From: an uncultured Spirochaetaceae bacterium
GTDB lineage: Bacteria; Spirochaetota; Spirochaetia; DSM-27196; SLST01
Direction of reading: 5' to 3'
Assembly (NCBI GenBank): GCA_964599075.1
Contig: CAZREG010000008.1
Span: forward strand, 8,972-72,971
Length of the DNA: 64,000 nt
Below the pieces are notes generated by a model that was not told where the DNA came from, did not search any database, and worked only from the letters and a program-made list of their open reading frames with translations. Shown in pieces: positions 56,147-64,000 of the stretch (position 1 is its first letter; each line of letters opens with the position of its first letter). The translations under genes and the position numbers were made by a program.

Positions 56147-57079
56147 CTACGCTTTTTTCAATCTGCCGACGACCTCAGCGACCGCCTCATCCGCCCGGTC
56201 GTTGTCAATCTGGCAGGTACCCGCGGAACCGTGGCCACCGCCCCCGTACTCGAGCATCAACTCACCCACATTGGCTTCCGAACTGCGATTGAAAATTGAC
56301 TTTCCAACGGTAATGACCGTGTTTTGTTTCTTGAATCCCCAGATGACCTGTACGGATATATTGGTGTCAGGATAGAGCGCGTATTTCAAAAATCGGTTTC
56401 CTGCATAGATTGTCTCTTCCCCGCGTAGATCCACAATGAGAACGTTTCCGTCGACCGTCGAACAGGTACGCGTCTGTTCCTTGAACAGCTTCTCGTGCTC
56501 CCGATACAGCTCCACCCGCTCGCGCACGTCCTGAAGCTCCAGGATCTCCTCAATGGTGTACTCCCGGCAATAATCGATGAGGTCCATCATGAGCTGATAG
56601 TTTGATATGCGGAAATTCTTGAATCGACCCAGCCCGGTGCGGGCGTCCATCATGAAGTTCATCAGGTCCCAGCGCTGAGGATGCAGAACTTCCTCGCGGG
56701 TGAAGTTCGCCGAGTCGCCCTTGTCCACTGCATCCATGAGCTCTGTGGATACGGTCTTGAACACATCTACGCCGCCATAGTAGTCGTATACCACCCGCGC
56801 CGCAGAGGGTGCGTTGGTATCAATGATGTAGTTATCGTGATCGGTGTTGCGTCGTGACTCGGAAAGATGATGATCAAACGCGAGGTGCACACCTTCCACG
56901 AACGGCAGATTTGTAGTGATGTCCTCATCACTTATGGCAATCAGGCCATCCTGCATATCTTTCGGGTGCACGAATTTGATGTCGTTTATGAGATCGAGCT
57001 CTTTGAGCAGGACCGCACAGACCAGCCCGTCAAAGTCGCTTCGAGTCACGAGGCGGTACCTCTTTTTGTCTCCCGCCAT
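56147..57079 (-). CDS. DHH-family phosphoesterase (exopolyphosphatase-related/NrnA-like)
   Basis: TRSDFDG, FDHH, APSAAR, GGGGH..AG. SD AAGGAG before ATG 57079. Confidence 0.85.
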   Translation of the reverse strand: MAGDKKRYRLVTRSDFDGLVCAVLLKELDLINDIKFVHPKDMQDGLIAISDEDITTNLPFVEGVHLAFDHHLSESRRNTDHDNYIIDTNAPSAARVVYDYYGGVDVFKTVSTELMDAVDKGDSANFTREEVLHPQRWDLMNFMMDARTGLGRFKNFRISNYQLMMDLIDYCREYTIEEILELQDVRERVELYREHEKLFKEQTRTCSTVDGNVLIVDLRGEETIYAGNRFLKYALYPDTNISVQVIWGFKKQNTVITVGKSIFNRSSEANVGELMLEYGGGGHGSAGTCQIDNDRADEAVAEVVGRLKKA

Positions 57080-57142
57080 CAATTCCACTCCTTCGGCGCT
57101 ATGCTACAGGGAACGCCCGGTCGATTCAAGATAGCTGCTTCC

Positions 57143-57171
57143 TTGCTATTTTACCAGCACTTGGGTAGAGT
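57143..57171 (+). promoter_or_regulatory. Putative leaderless promoter of glk
   Basis: TTGCTA(57143-57148)-N17-TAGAGT(57166-57171)-N6-ATG(57178), no SD. Confidence 0.6.
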
Positions 57172-57177
57172 CGCTCC

Positions 57178-58191
57178 ATGATCCTGGTTGGGGATATTGG
57201 AGGAACCAATACCACTGTTGGGCTTGTCTCTGAGCAAAACGGCAGATTCGTGCTCGAGCGGAAGGAGCGCTACGCGACCCAGTCTCTCGCCGGTGTTGAG
57301 AGTGCCATTGAGCAGTTCAGACAGGCATCACCATCCGACTGGGAGAGCGTCAACCGCTGCTGTTTAAGTGCAGCCGGTCCGGTCCGCGACGGAGTCTGTC
57401 GCATGACGAATGTGCCGTTCACCATCAACGCGTCTTATATCTCTACGGAGACAGGGATTGAGACACTTCTCATCAACGATTTCTCTGCCATCTGCTACGC
57501 GCTTCCCCTGCTCGACACCCATGACACCATTGACTCCCTGCCGCTGGTACACCCGGATGGTTCTCATCCGCCGCCGCATGGGCCGGTGAGAGCGGTCGTG
57601 GGCGCGGGTACCGGACTGGGAACGGGCTACCTCATCCAGGACGGCTCTCACTTTGTTGCTCACCCGTCGGAGGGCGGTCACAGTGACTTCCCAGCCACAG
57701 ATGAGCTCAGCCGAGCCTTCTTCGACTACCTCAGCAGTGATGCTTCCCCACCGCCCGGTATGGAACCTCATCTGTCGGGCCAGGGGATCCGGAACGCGTT
57801 TTACTTCCTCGCAGAGACCGGCCGCATAGAGACCGATGACACGGTTCAGGGGATTCTCGCCGGACCGGCGGATCAGATCCCCGAGCAGGTTGCCCGGCAC
57901 GCCGATGAGCACGACGGCCTGGCGACCGTCATGAAGCTCTTTGTGAAGCTCTACGCCCGCTACGCACGCAACACTGCTCTTTTCTTCCTGCCGCGAGGCG
58001 GTCTCTACCTCGCCGGAGGCATTGCGGCAAAGAATCAGACGTGGTTTACTGATAGTCACCGGTTCATGCGGGAGTTTGAGCAGAACTACAATGACCGAAT
58101 CACTCCCCTGCTGCGGGACACGCCGGTTTCACTCATAGTGGACTACGACGTCTCGCTCTATGGGGCCGCTCACGCCGCACTCAGCCTGTAA
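57178..58191 (+). CDS. glk: Glucokinase (gamma-proteobacterial/group II type)
   Basis: GDIGGTN, AAGPV, LINDF, GAGTGLG, SEGGH, GGLYLAGGIA.K, L.GAA. Confidence 0.92.
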   Translation: MILVGDIGGTNTTVGLVSEQNGRFVLERKERYATQSLAGVESAIEQFRQASPSDWESVNRCCLSAAGPVRDGVCRMTNVPFTINASYISTETGIETLLINDFSAICYALPLLDTHDTIDSLPLVHPDGSHPPPHGPVRAVVGAGTGLGTGYLIQDGSHFVAHPSEGGHSDFPATDELSRAFFDYLSSDASPPPGMEPHLSGQGIRNAFYFLAETGRIETDDTVQGILAGPADQIPEQVARHADEHDGLATVMKLFVKLYARYARNTALFFLPRGGLYLAGGIAAKNQTWFTDSHRFMREFEQNYNDRITPLLRDTPVSLIVDYDVSLYGAAHAALSL

Positions 58192-58207
58192 CACGCGAGG
58201 AGCACCC

Positions 58208-59821
58208 ATGGCACAGCAGAGTTCCATCAGTCCCGAACTACGGGACCGCATGGCGGAACAGAATATTGACGTTGATCTCAGCCTCTCCATTCTCGACGCC
58301 TTTAACCGCGGTGAGTTCGATCACTTCAAGCCAATTTCTGTAGGAGAGATCCCGAACGTTGACGGCTCGGTAGTCATCGACTTCACCGACTCACCGGAGC
58401 TCTCACTCACCATGGGGGCCGCCGGCAAAGCACTCAAACGGCTCCTTCCTGACGCTGTGCTCTCGAGACTCCCCGCACTTCAGGGAACCGACTCCGATAC
58501 CGTCACGTTTGATTACGCGGCGCTCGAGCACCTGGGGCTGCTGCTCATGCCAAGGGTGGCCTACGGCGTACTCAACGGAGGCTCGGCGACAAGCTACGCA
58601 GACCGGACGAAGAACTCCGGATTCAGTGAAGAACTCTTCTCACTGATGGAGAGCGAGTTTGACCAGATGGCCGAAGTGAGCCGCGGTCGAGCGAAGGGCC
58701 TGACGCCGGCGTTTGTACAGCCTGACGGAAGCTTTGGACCGAGCTTCCTCCAGCTGAAGATGCGAAACCTCCTGGTGACGGCGATCCGCAGTAAGGCTGC
58801 GCTTGATGAGCTGGCCCCCGAGGCTGCCGACGAGCTTCCCATGCCGCTTTTGCCGTTTTTCCAGATGACGAGCATACACACGGATGACGAGCTTGCCTCG
58901 AGCTACGGCGAGTACCGCAGCGATCCCATGCTCGCAGATCTCATTGCCCTGACCGGTCTTGATCCAACTGATCCCGAGAGTGCGGTACAGCCGCTGATCT
59001 CCGCCTACACCCACAGCGAGCTGGGTCGACCAAAGGCGGTCTTTGCAGACGCGTACGGCCGCGAGGGTGAACCGCTTCCGCTGCCCGGCGGGCACGGACA
59101 GAACTTCAGCGTTCTCAAAGATATCTACCGCCGTCTCCACGAGAGCGGGAAGCGGTTTGTCTACCTGGGCAATGTGGACAATCTGGGCTTCCTGCCGGAT
59201 CCGGTGGAGGTCGCCTATCTGGCACTCACGGGCAAGCAGGCAGGTTTTGACTTTGCCTACAAGACACCGGTAGACGTAAAGGGTGGCATTTTGGTCCGTG
59301 ATAAGCAGGGGGGGCTGAACTGCGCAGATATCGGTCCGGCAGTCAGTAAAGAGGATGTAGCCAAAGCACAGGATGCAGGCAAGCCGATCCTGTTCAACGC
59401 GGCAACGGGCCTGTTTGATCTGGACTACCTGGTCAACAACATCGACCGTGTGATCAAGGATCTACCGACCCGGTTTACCGATCAAGACAAGGACGCCGGC
59501 AGATACTCGCAGGCAGAGCAGGTGACCTGGGAAATTATCGGAATGCTCGATGACTTTCTCATCTTCAGCGTGTCCAAATGGAACCGTCTACTTGCCGCCA
59601 AGCTGCTGAGCGAGACCCTCATGACAAGCGGTACCAAGTTGGATAATGACTCCTACCCCACCAGCGACGACCCGGCCGACGACCTGAAGGGAACGGCGAA
59701 ACAGCTTCATGAGGGACTCGTATCAAAGCTGGAGAACGAGTACCAGATGCGTCGGGATGAGGGGATCTGGTCACCCGTCCCGGCAGCAGAGATCCAGAGC
59801 CGGTTCAGTAAAAATGACTGA
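58208..59821 (+). CDS. UTP--glucose-1-phosphate uridylyltransferase, eukaryote-like UDPGP superfamily
   Basis: LNGG.ATS, PGGHG.NF, GNVDN, KGG, FNAAT..F. SD GAGGAG. Confidence 0.82.
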   Translation: MAQQSSISPELRDRMAEQNIDVDLSLSILDAFNRGEFDHFKPISVGEIPNVDGSVVIDFTDSPELSLTMGAAGKALKRLLPDAVLSRLPALQGTDSDTVTFDYAALEHLGLLLMPRVAYGVLNGGSATSYADRTKNSGFSEELFSLMESEFDQMAEVSRGRAKGLTPAFVQPDGSFGPSFLQLKMRNLLVTAIRSKAALDELAPEAADELPMPLLPFFQMTSIHTDDELASSYGEYRSDPMLADLIALTGLDPTDPESAVQPLISAYTHSELGRPKAVFADAYGREGEPLPLPGGHGQNFSVLKDIYRRLHESGKRFVYLGNVDNLGFLPDPVEVAYLALTGKQAGFDFAYKTPVDVKGGILVRDKQGGLNCADIGPAVSKEDVAKAQDAGKPILFNAATGLFDLDYLVNNIDRVIKDLPTRFTDQDKDAGRYSQAEQVTWEIIGMLDDFLIFSVSKWNRLLAAKLLSETLMTSGTKLDNDSYPTSDDPADDLKGTAKQLHEGLVSKLENEYQMRRDEGIWSPVPAAEIQSRFSKND

Positions 59822-60161
59822 CTCCCCCGGAGCCGGTCGGCCGGCGCCCTTGATTGAACCGGACTTCCAGCGCTCTCCGCTTGTGCCTGCCGTGGCGCAG
59901 GACTGGACAACAGGTGAAGTGCTGATGGTCGCCTGGATGGATCACGAGGCGTGGAATGCAACTCTGGCCACCGGCTACGGGCACTATCACAGTCGCAGCA
60001 GGGATTGTCTCTGGAAGAAGGGAGAGACATCCGGGAACGTCCAGCGCGTGGTCGAAGTACGGGTGGACTGTGACCAGGACACCGTGCTTCTAAAGGTGGA
60101 ACAGACCGGGCCGGCCTGCCACACCGGTAACCGAAGCTGCTTCTATCGGAAGAGCTGGTGA
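59814..60161 (+). CDS. hisI: Phosphoribosyl-AMP cyclohydrolase
   Basis: [48 protein letters not shown]. Confidence 0.95.
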   Translation: MTDSPGAGRPAPLIEPDFQRSPLVPAVAQDWTTGEVLMVAWMDHEAWNATLATGYGHYHSRSRDCLWKKGETSGNVQRVVEVRVDCDQDTVLLKVEQTGPACHTGNRSCFYRKSW

Positions 60162-60173
60162 ACCCGATCGGCG

Positions 60174-60803
60174 CTACTGGGACCGTTCAGCGTCCATACC
60201 AGCGAGCAGCGCTCTGAACGCGCGGCCGAACAGCGCATCGTCTATCTCCTCACCGTAGAGCAGCTTGAACAGGCCCAGCCCGGGCAGCAGCGCCAGGAAC
60301 AGGTCAGCGTACTCCTCGGCGCCTTGCAAAGGAGCATCACCTGCGGCGGCAAGATGGCGCCGAACAAGCTCCTGTGCTGCCTCTCGCAGCTTTCGGTGTT
60401 CGCGCACGTAGGCGTCCCGCAGCTCGGCGTGTCGCACAGCAGAGAGCTGAAACTCCAGCATCCAGAGTAAGTTGGACGGATCACCGTAGAACGAACGCGC
60501 GAGTTCGGTGTAGCCATCAGCAAGCGCGTCACTGCCGACCCGTGAAGCCATCCCGCGGATTCCCTGGAGATCGGAGTCGAAGCCCTCTGCAATCAACGCC
60601 TTCATGAGCTCTTCTTTGTTGCTGAAGTTTGCATAGAAGGCTCCGCGGGAGTAGCCTGCGTGCTCGGCTATCTCCTCAACGCTTGGACCCTCGTAGCCCA
60701 GACGTGCGAAAAGCTCCGCACCCGACTCAAGGAGGCGCCGCCGGGTCTGCGCCTTCTGCTCTTCTCTTGTCAGTCGCGGTCGTTTGGGAGGTAGTTTCTC
60801 CAT
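60174..60803 (-). CDS. TetR/AcrR family regulator
   Basis: TRRRLLESG.ELF...GY, SVEEIA.HAGYSRGAFY.NF.NKEEL. Confidence 0.92.
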   Translation of the reverse strand: MEKLPPKRPRLTREEQKAQTRRRLLESGAELFARLGYEGPSVEEIAEHAGYSRGAFYANFSNKEELMKALIAEGFDSDLQGIRGMASRVGSDALADGYTELARSFYGDPSNLLWMLEFQLSAVRHAELRDAYVREHRKLREAAQELVRRHLAAAGDAPLQGAEEYADLFLALLPGLGLFKLLYGEEIDDALFGRAFRALLAGMDAERSQ

Positions 60804-60809
60804 GTATAC

Positions 60810-60838
60810 AGTATGGCCCATTCCGCCGTTCCAGTGAA
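60810..60838 (-). promoter_or_regulatory. Putative leaderless promoter of tetR
   Basis: TTCACT-N17-CATACT-N6-ATG(60803). Confidence 0.55.
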
Positions 60839-60847
60839 ACCGGACGG

Positions 60848-63322
60848 CTACTCCGCCAGGCGCCCCACCAGCACCTGCTGCGCATAGAGACGGTCACGCG
60901 TGAGGTCGAGCACCCCACGATCAACACGGCACGTGCCCTTCTCATAGGCGGAGATGAAGCGGTGCACCTCTTCGCCGCGGCCGATCCCTCCAAAGGCGCC
61001 GCAGAGCAGCAGTGTGGAACCCAGATGATAGGGGTGAATCCCACGCATCTGCTCGAATCCGGTGGTCAACCAGTCCCACAGCTTGCTGGAGATAGGGGTG
61101 TGCGACGCCGCTTTTCGCAGGAAATAGAGCCTGTTCCGGGACGGCACCTCCTCCAGAATGAACGTCAAAGCCTCATCCACCGCCTCAGGTTCGGTTACCC
61201 CGGAAAGTGCGGCAATGAGGCTGACCGCCCTCCCCTCCGGAGTCTGAGGATCACGAATACGGTCGGTCATCCACTCCAGCGCAGCGTGCTCCCGCGAGGC
61301 CCAGACGCGCATGGCAACAGGGACAAGGTCTGGATGGAGAGGATGGCCGGCAGCAACGTCCTTCGCCATTGCAACCAGTGCGGCAGCAACAGACTCATCC
61401 CCGAACCGCGTGAGTGCCCAGAGAACTGACTCTCGCAGCAGCACATTCTGATAGGGTTCCTCCTCAGTCGGGGTGGCAAGAAGCTGGTCAGCCAGTGGGG
61501 AGAGCGCCCTGCGCCCGACTGAGGCTGCGCTACTTGCTCCGCCGGAAAGTTCGTGGATGCGAAGGAGCGCTTCAGTGAGCGCCTCCAGCACCACGTAACT
61601 CTGCTCGCCCGCGGCGAATCGAGCCACAAAAGCCAGGAACTGATCTGCAGTCACCAATCCGGCATTCACGAACGCAAACAGATCGGAAACAAGCCCGTAT
61701 CGGTCAAGGTCCGACAGGTCCCGTGCGGCCGCTGCGTCAGCCAGCACGTCCCAATGCTCCGGGTCCGCGTAGAAGACACGGTAGTAGCCGGTCTGGTCGG
61801 TATTGAGCTTGACCCACCGGGCGTCGCTTGCGAGCGTCAGCTGCGTCTCACGCTCGGTGAGGGTCACCCGGATCTGTTCTCCGCTACTGGTGTAGCCGGA
61901 GACGGGAATGACCCAGCAGGGGGCCTGTGTACGGTCGCCGGAGAGTAGAAATCGGTCCTGACGGATCTTTATGGTACGCCCTTCCCGATGCACCTGCAGA
62001 ACCGGCACGCCGGGCTGGGTAATCCAGCCGGAGAGCATCTCGCCGGCAGCTTCACCCAGCGCGGAACCGAAGGTCTTAAGGAAATCTTCGGTGGTGGCGC
62101 TTGAGAACTGGTACTCCTTTAGATAGACCGTGCACGCGGTGTTGAATCGCTGGTCGCCGTAAAACGCGCGAAGCATACGCAGGAGGTTCGCTCCTTTCTG
62201 ATAGATAATGGGAGCGGTGGACGCATCAATCTCTATCTCGTCCCGGTCGAGCTCGATGGGAATCGTGTTCGGATGGCTGTCCCGATCCATGGCTGCTGCC
62301 TGACTGGTGAGGACAAACTGATCCATGGTCTGCCAGTGCGGATACCAGTGATCGGTGACTACGTTTCCCAGGTAGGTGGCGAACGCCTCATTGAGCCAGA
62401 CGTAGCGCCACGCCGCCGGGCTCACCAGGTCTCCGAACCACATGTGCGCAATCTCATGAGCGGCAATCCCCATCTGCTTCTCCCGCTCCTTGCGAGTGGT
62501 TATCTCAGGGATGTCGAGCAGGAAGTTCTCCCGGTAGGAGATAGCGCCAAAGTTTTCCATGGCGCCAAACGCAAAGTCCGTGACGCCAATGCTGTCGAGC
62601 TTGCTCAACGGATACCAGACACCGGTGAGCTCCTCAAGATAGGTGATCGACTGTCGCGCATAGTCGAGCGCCGGGCCGGTGTACTTTCCATGCCCGGGAC
62701 TGACTGCGACACGAATCGGGATACGCCAGCTCACATCCTCGCTGAGATCAAACGGTCCAACGGCAAAAAACACGAGGTACGTAGAGATTGGTGGAGTCTC
62801 GGCAAACCGATAGAGAACCCGGCCGTTCTCCAGGGTCTCCGTCTGTTCGGCCGCCTCGTTGCTGATGGCAGTGGTGCCTGCCGGTGCATGGATGGAGATG
62901 CGAAAACGCGCTTTCTGCCCAGGCTCATCAATGCAGGGAAAGGCACGGCGGGCATCCCGCTCTTCGAACTGGGTGACACCAACGTAGCGTTCCTCTCCCC
63001 CTACCCGATATCGGCTTCGGTAGAAGCCCGCCATCAAGTCGTTGATCTCACCGCTGTACCCGATGGTGAGCGAGAACGTACCCCCTGCGTCAGCCGGCAG
63101 TTCCACGCCAAGCGTGGAGTCGCCAACGGTCCATGGGGGCTGCGAATCGCTCCCGCGGCAGGACAGGGTAACCGAATCGACGGCCAGATCCACCGCATCC
63201 AGTTGGACAAGCGGGACCGGATGTTCTGTTGAAAACGCAATGGTGACAACGCCTGTGAAGGTAAGTTCCTCAAGGTCTGGTGTGATCGTCAGCGTGTAGT
63301 GAGTGGGACGGTAGCTTCGCAT
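60848..63322 (-). CDS. M1 family aminopeptidase with ERAP1-like C-terminal domain
   Basis: GFYRS.Y, TQFE..DARRAFPCIDEP, GAMEN, HEIAH..WFG...WLNE, IY.KG. TATACT 6 nt upstream of ATG. Confidence 0.93.
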   Translation of the reverse strand: MRSYRPTHYTLTITPDLEELTFTGVVTIAFSTEHPVPLVQLDAVDLAVDSVTLSCRGSDSQPPWTVGDSTLGVELPADAGGTFSLTIGYSGEINDLMAGFYRSRYRVGGEERYVGVTQFEERDARRAFPCIDEPGQKARFRISIHAPAGTTAISNEAAEQTETLENGRVLYRFAETPPISTYLVFFAVGPFDLSEDVSWRIPIRVAVSPGHGKYTGPALDYARQSITYLEELTGVWYPLSKLDSIGVTDFAFGAMENFGAISYRENFLLDIPEITTRKEREKQMGIAAHEIAHMWFGDLVSPAAWRYVWLNEAFATYLGNVVTDHWYPHWQTMDQFVLTSQAAAMDRDSHPNTIPIELDRDEIEIDASTAPIIYQKGANLLRMLRAFYGDQRFNTACTVYLKEYQFSSATTEDFLKTFGSALGEAAGEMLSGWITQPGVPVLQVHREGRTIKIRQDRFLLSGDRTQAPCWVIPVSGYTSSGEQIRVTLTERETQLTLASDARWVKLNTDQTGYYRVFYADPEHWDVLADAAAARDLSDLDRYGLVSDLFAFVNAGLVTADQFLAFVARFAAGEQSYVVLEALTEALLRIHELSGGASSAASVGRRALSPLADQLLATPTEEEPYQNVLLRESVLWALTRFGDESVAAALVAMAKDVAAGHPLHPDLVPVAMRVWASREHAALEWMTDRIRDPQTPEGRAVSLIAALSGVTEPEAVDEALTFILEEVPSRNRLYFLRKAASHTPISSKLWDWLTTGFEQMRGIHPYHLGSTLLLCGAFGGIGRGEEVHRFISAYEKGTCRVDRGVLDLTRDRLYAQQVLVGRLAE

Positions 63323-63397
63323 GAGAAGAGTATACGGCGTACCCGCCTGAGCAAACCACCGTTACGCGCTCAGACATCCAGCGTTTTGGGGACAGTC

Positions 63398-63931
63398 TCA
63401 GTTACGCTCTTCAGTTTCGAAATCCTTGAACAGCATGCTGTGCTGAATGCCCTTGTTGTTCTGGTACTTACCGCTGGAGTAGGTGTCGTAGTCGCCTTCA
63501 ATGCTATGATAGAAGATCTGGCAAATTTGCACACCGGCGTAGATCCGGATTGGCTGAACACAGAATATCTCAAGGGTCCAGAATCCCTTGAAACCGATGT
63601 CACCAAAGCCGGCCGTGATGTGCACAAACAGCCCCAGTCTGCCGATAGAGCTGCGGCCTTCGAGCATGGGCACGAAACCGCTGGTCTCCGTGTACTCCAC
63701 CGTTCGCCCCAGGTAGAGAGTCTGCGGTTCGAGCAGCAATCCCTGCGGCGGTATCATCAGCTCATCCGACAGGTTCTCCACCCGCATGTCGAGCTCTCGG
63801 TTGCGGTAGACCCGCAACTGATCGTGGAGGGTGAGGTTGTAGGAGTTAGGGTTGAGTCGGGACTGATCAAAGGGATCGATGACGATTCTGTCACCAAGGT
63901 TCCGTCTGATCTCCCGTCCGGAAAGGATCAT
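63398..63931 (-). CDS. dcd: dCTP deaminase
   Basis: MILSG.EI, LNPNSYNL, GRSSIGRLG, AGFGD.GF.G.WTLEI, ICQI. Confidence 0.93.
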   Translation of the reverse strand: MILSGREIRRNLGDRIVIDPFDQSRLNPNSYNLTLHDQLRVYRNRELDMRVENLSDELMIPPQGLLLEPQTLYLGRTVEYTETSGFVPMLEGRSSIGRLGLFVHITAGFGDIGFKGFWTLEIFCVQPIRIYAGVQICQIFYHSIEGDYDTYSSGKYQNNKGIQHSMLFKDFETEERN

Positions 63932-63947
63932 ACCGAAGGGACGTGCG

Positions 63948-63971
63948 AAAAAAAGCCCCGCGGAGCGGGGC
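63948..63971 (-). terminator. Intrinsic terminator of an upstream minus-strand gene
   Basis: Minus strand GCCCCGC-TCC-GCGGGGC followed by T7. Confidence 0.75.
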
Positions 63972-63978
63972 CATTCGC

Positions 63979-64000
63979 TTACATAAGGTCGCGGGGCTTT
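63979..64000 (-). CDS. 3' end of an unidentified gene entering from beyond the window (…KPRDLM*)
   Basis: In-frame TAA at 63979-63981 just before the terminator. Only 6 codons are visible. Confidence 0.35.

Noticed and set aside
12129-60161. Isolated argJ, purC and hisI as signs of rearrangement or transfer
   Set aside because: Scattered biosynthetic genes are common, and nothing in composition or flanks supports transfer.
1-64000. CRISPR arrays, tRNA/rRNA genes, IS elements, prophage
   Set aside because: No regularly spaced repeats, cloverleaf/T-loop context, transposase, integrase or phage structural genes seen. Intergenic gaps are mostly under 200 bp.

Overview
Gene-dense chromosomal window of about 60% GC (by eye) from a free-living spirochete (Spirochaetales). 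The assignment rests on a class I lysyl-tRNA synthetase, the [hypothetical]-dksA/infA arrangement, a DUF3996-type outer-membrane protein and a FecR-PEGA lipoprotein. About 60 CDS are supported. I found no rRNA, tRNA, CRISPR array, transposase, integrase or phage gene. Recognisable blocks: (1) a MoxR-DUF58-BatABCD-Smr operon; (2) a LacI-headed operon (SDR, GH88, TIM-barrel isomerase, Gfo/Idh/MocA, kdgK, eda) that looks like unsaturated-uronate catabolism without kduI/kduD; (3) an rmuC-polB-SMUG1 operon; (4) housekeeping genes (purC, clpP, era, rpiA, lysS, rlpA, ftsH, argJ, hisI, dcd); (5) a DeoR-controlled cluster. In block 5, an E2 and a fused E1-alpha/beta of a 2-oxoacid/acetoin-dehydrogenase-like complex sit with sorbose-1-P-reductase-like, sorbitol-6-P-dehydrogenase-like and PHP genes, split by an orphan radical SAM/SPASM gene. 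Block 5 is my best candidate for an uncharacterised system: a lipoate/ThDP-dependent oxidative cleavage of a sugar or sugar phosphate. Other notable points are a cysteine-free DksA, a degenerate DEAD-box domain fused to a DbpA domain with an internal start, a hinge-less LacI with a non-CG palindromic operator, and widespread leaderless-type promoters. All family assignments come from motif recognition by eye, not database searches.
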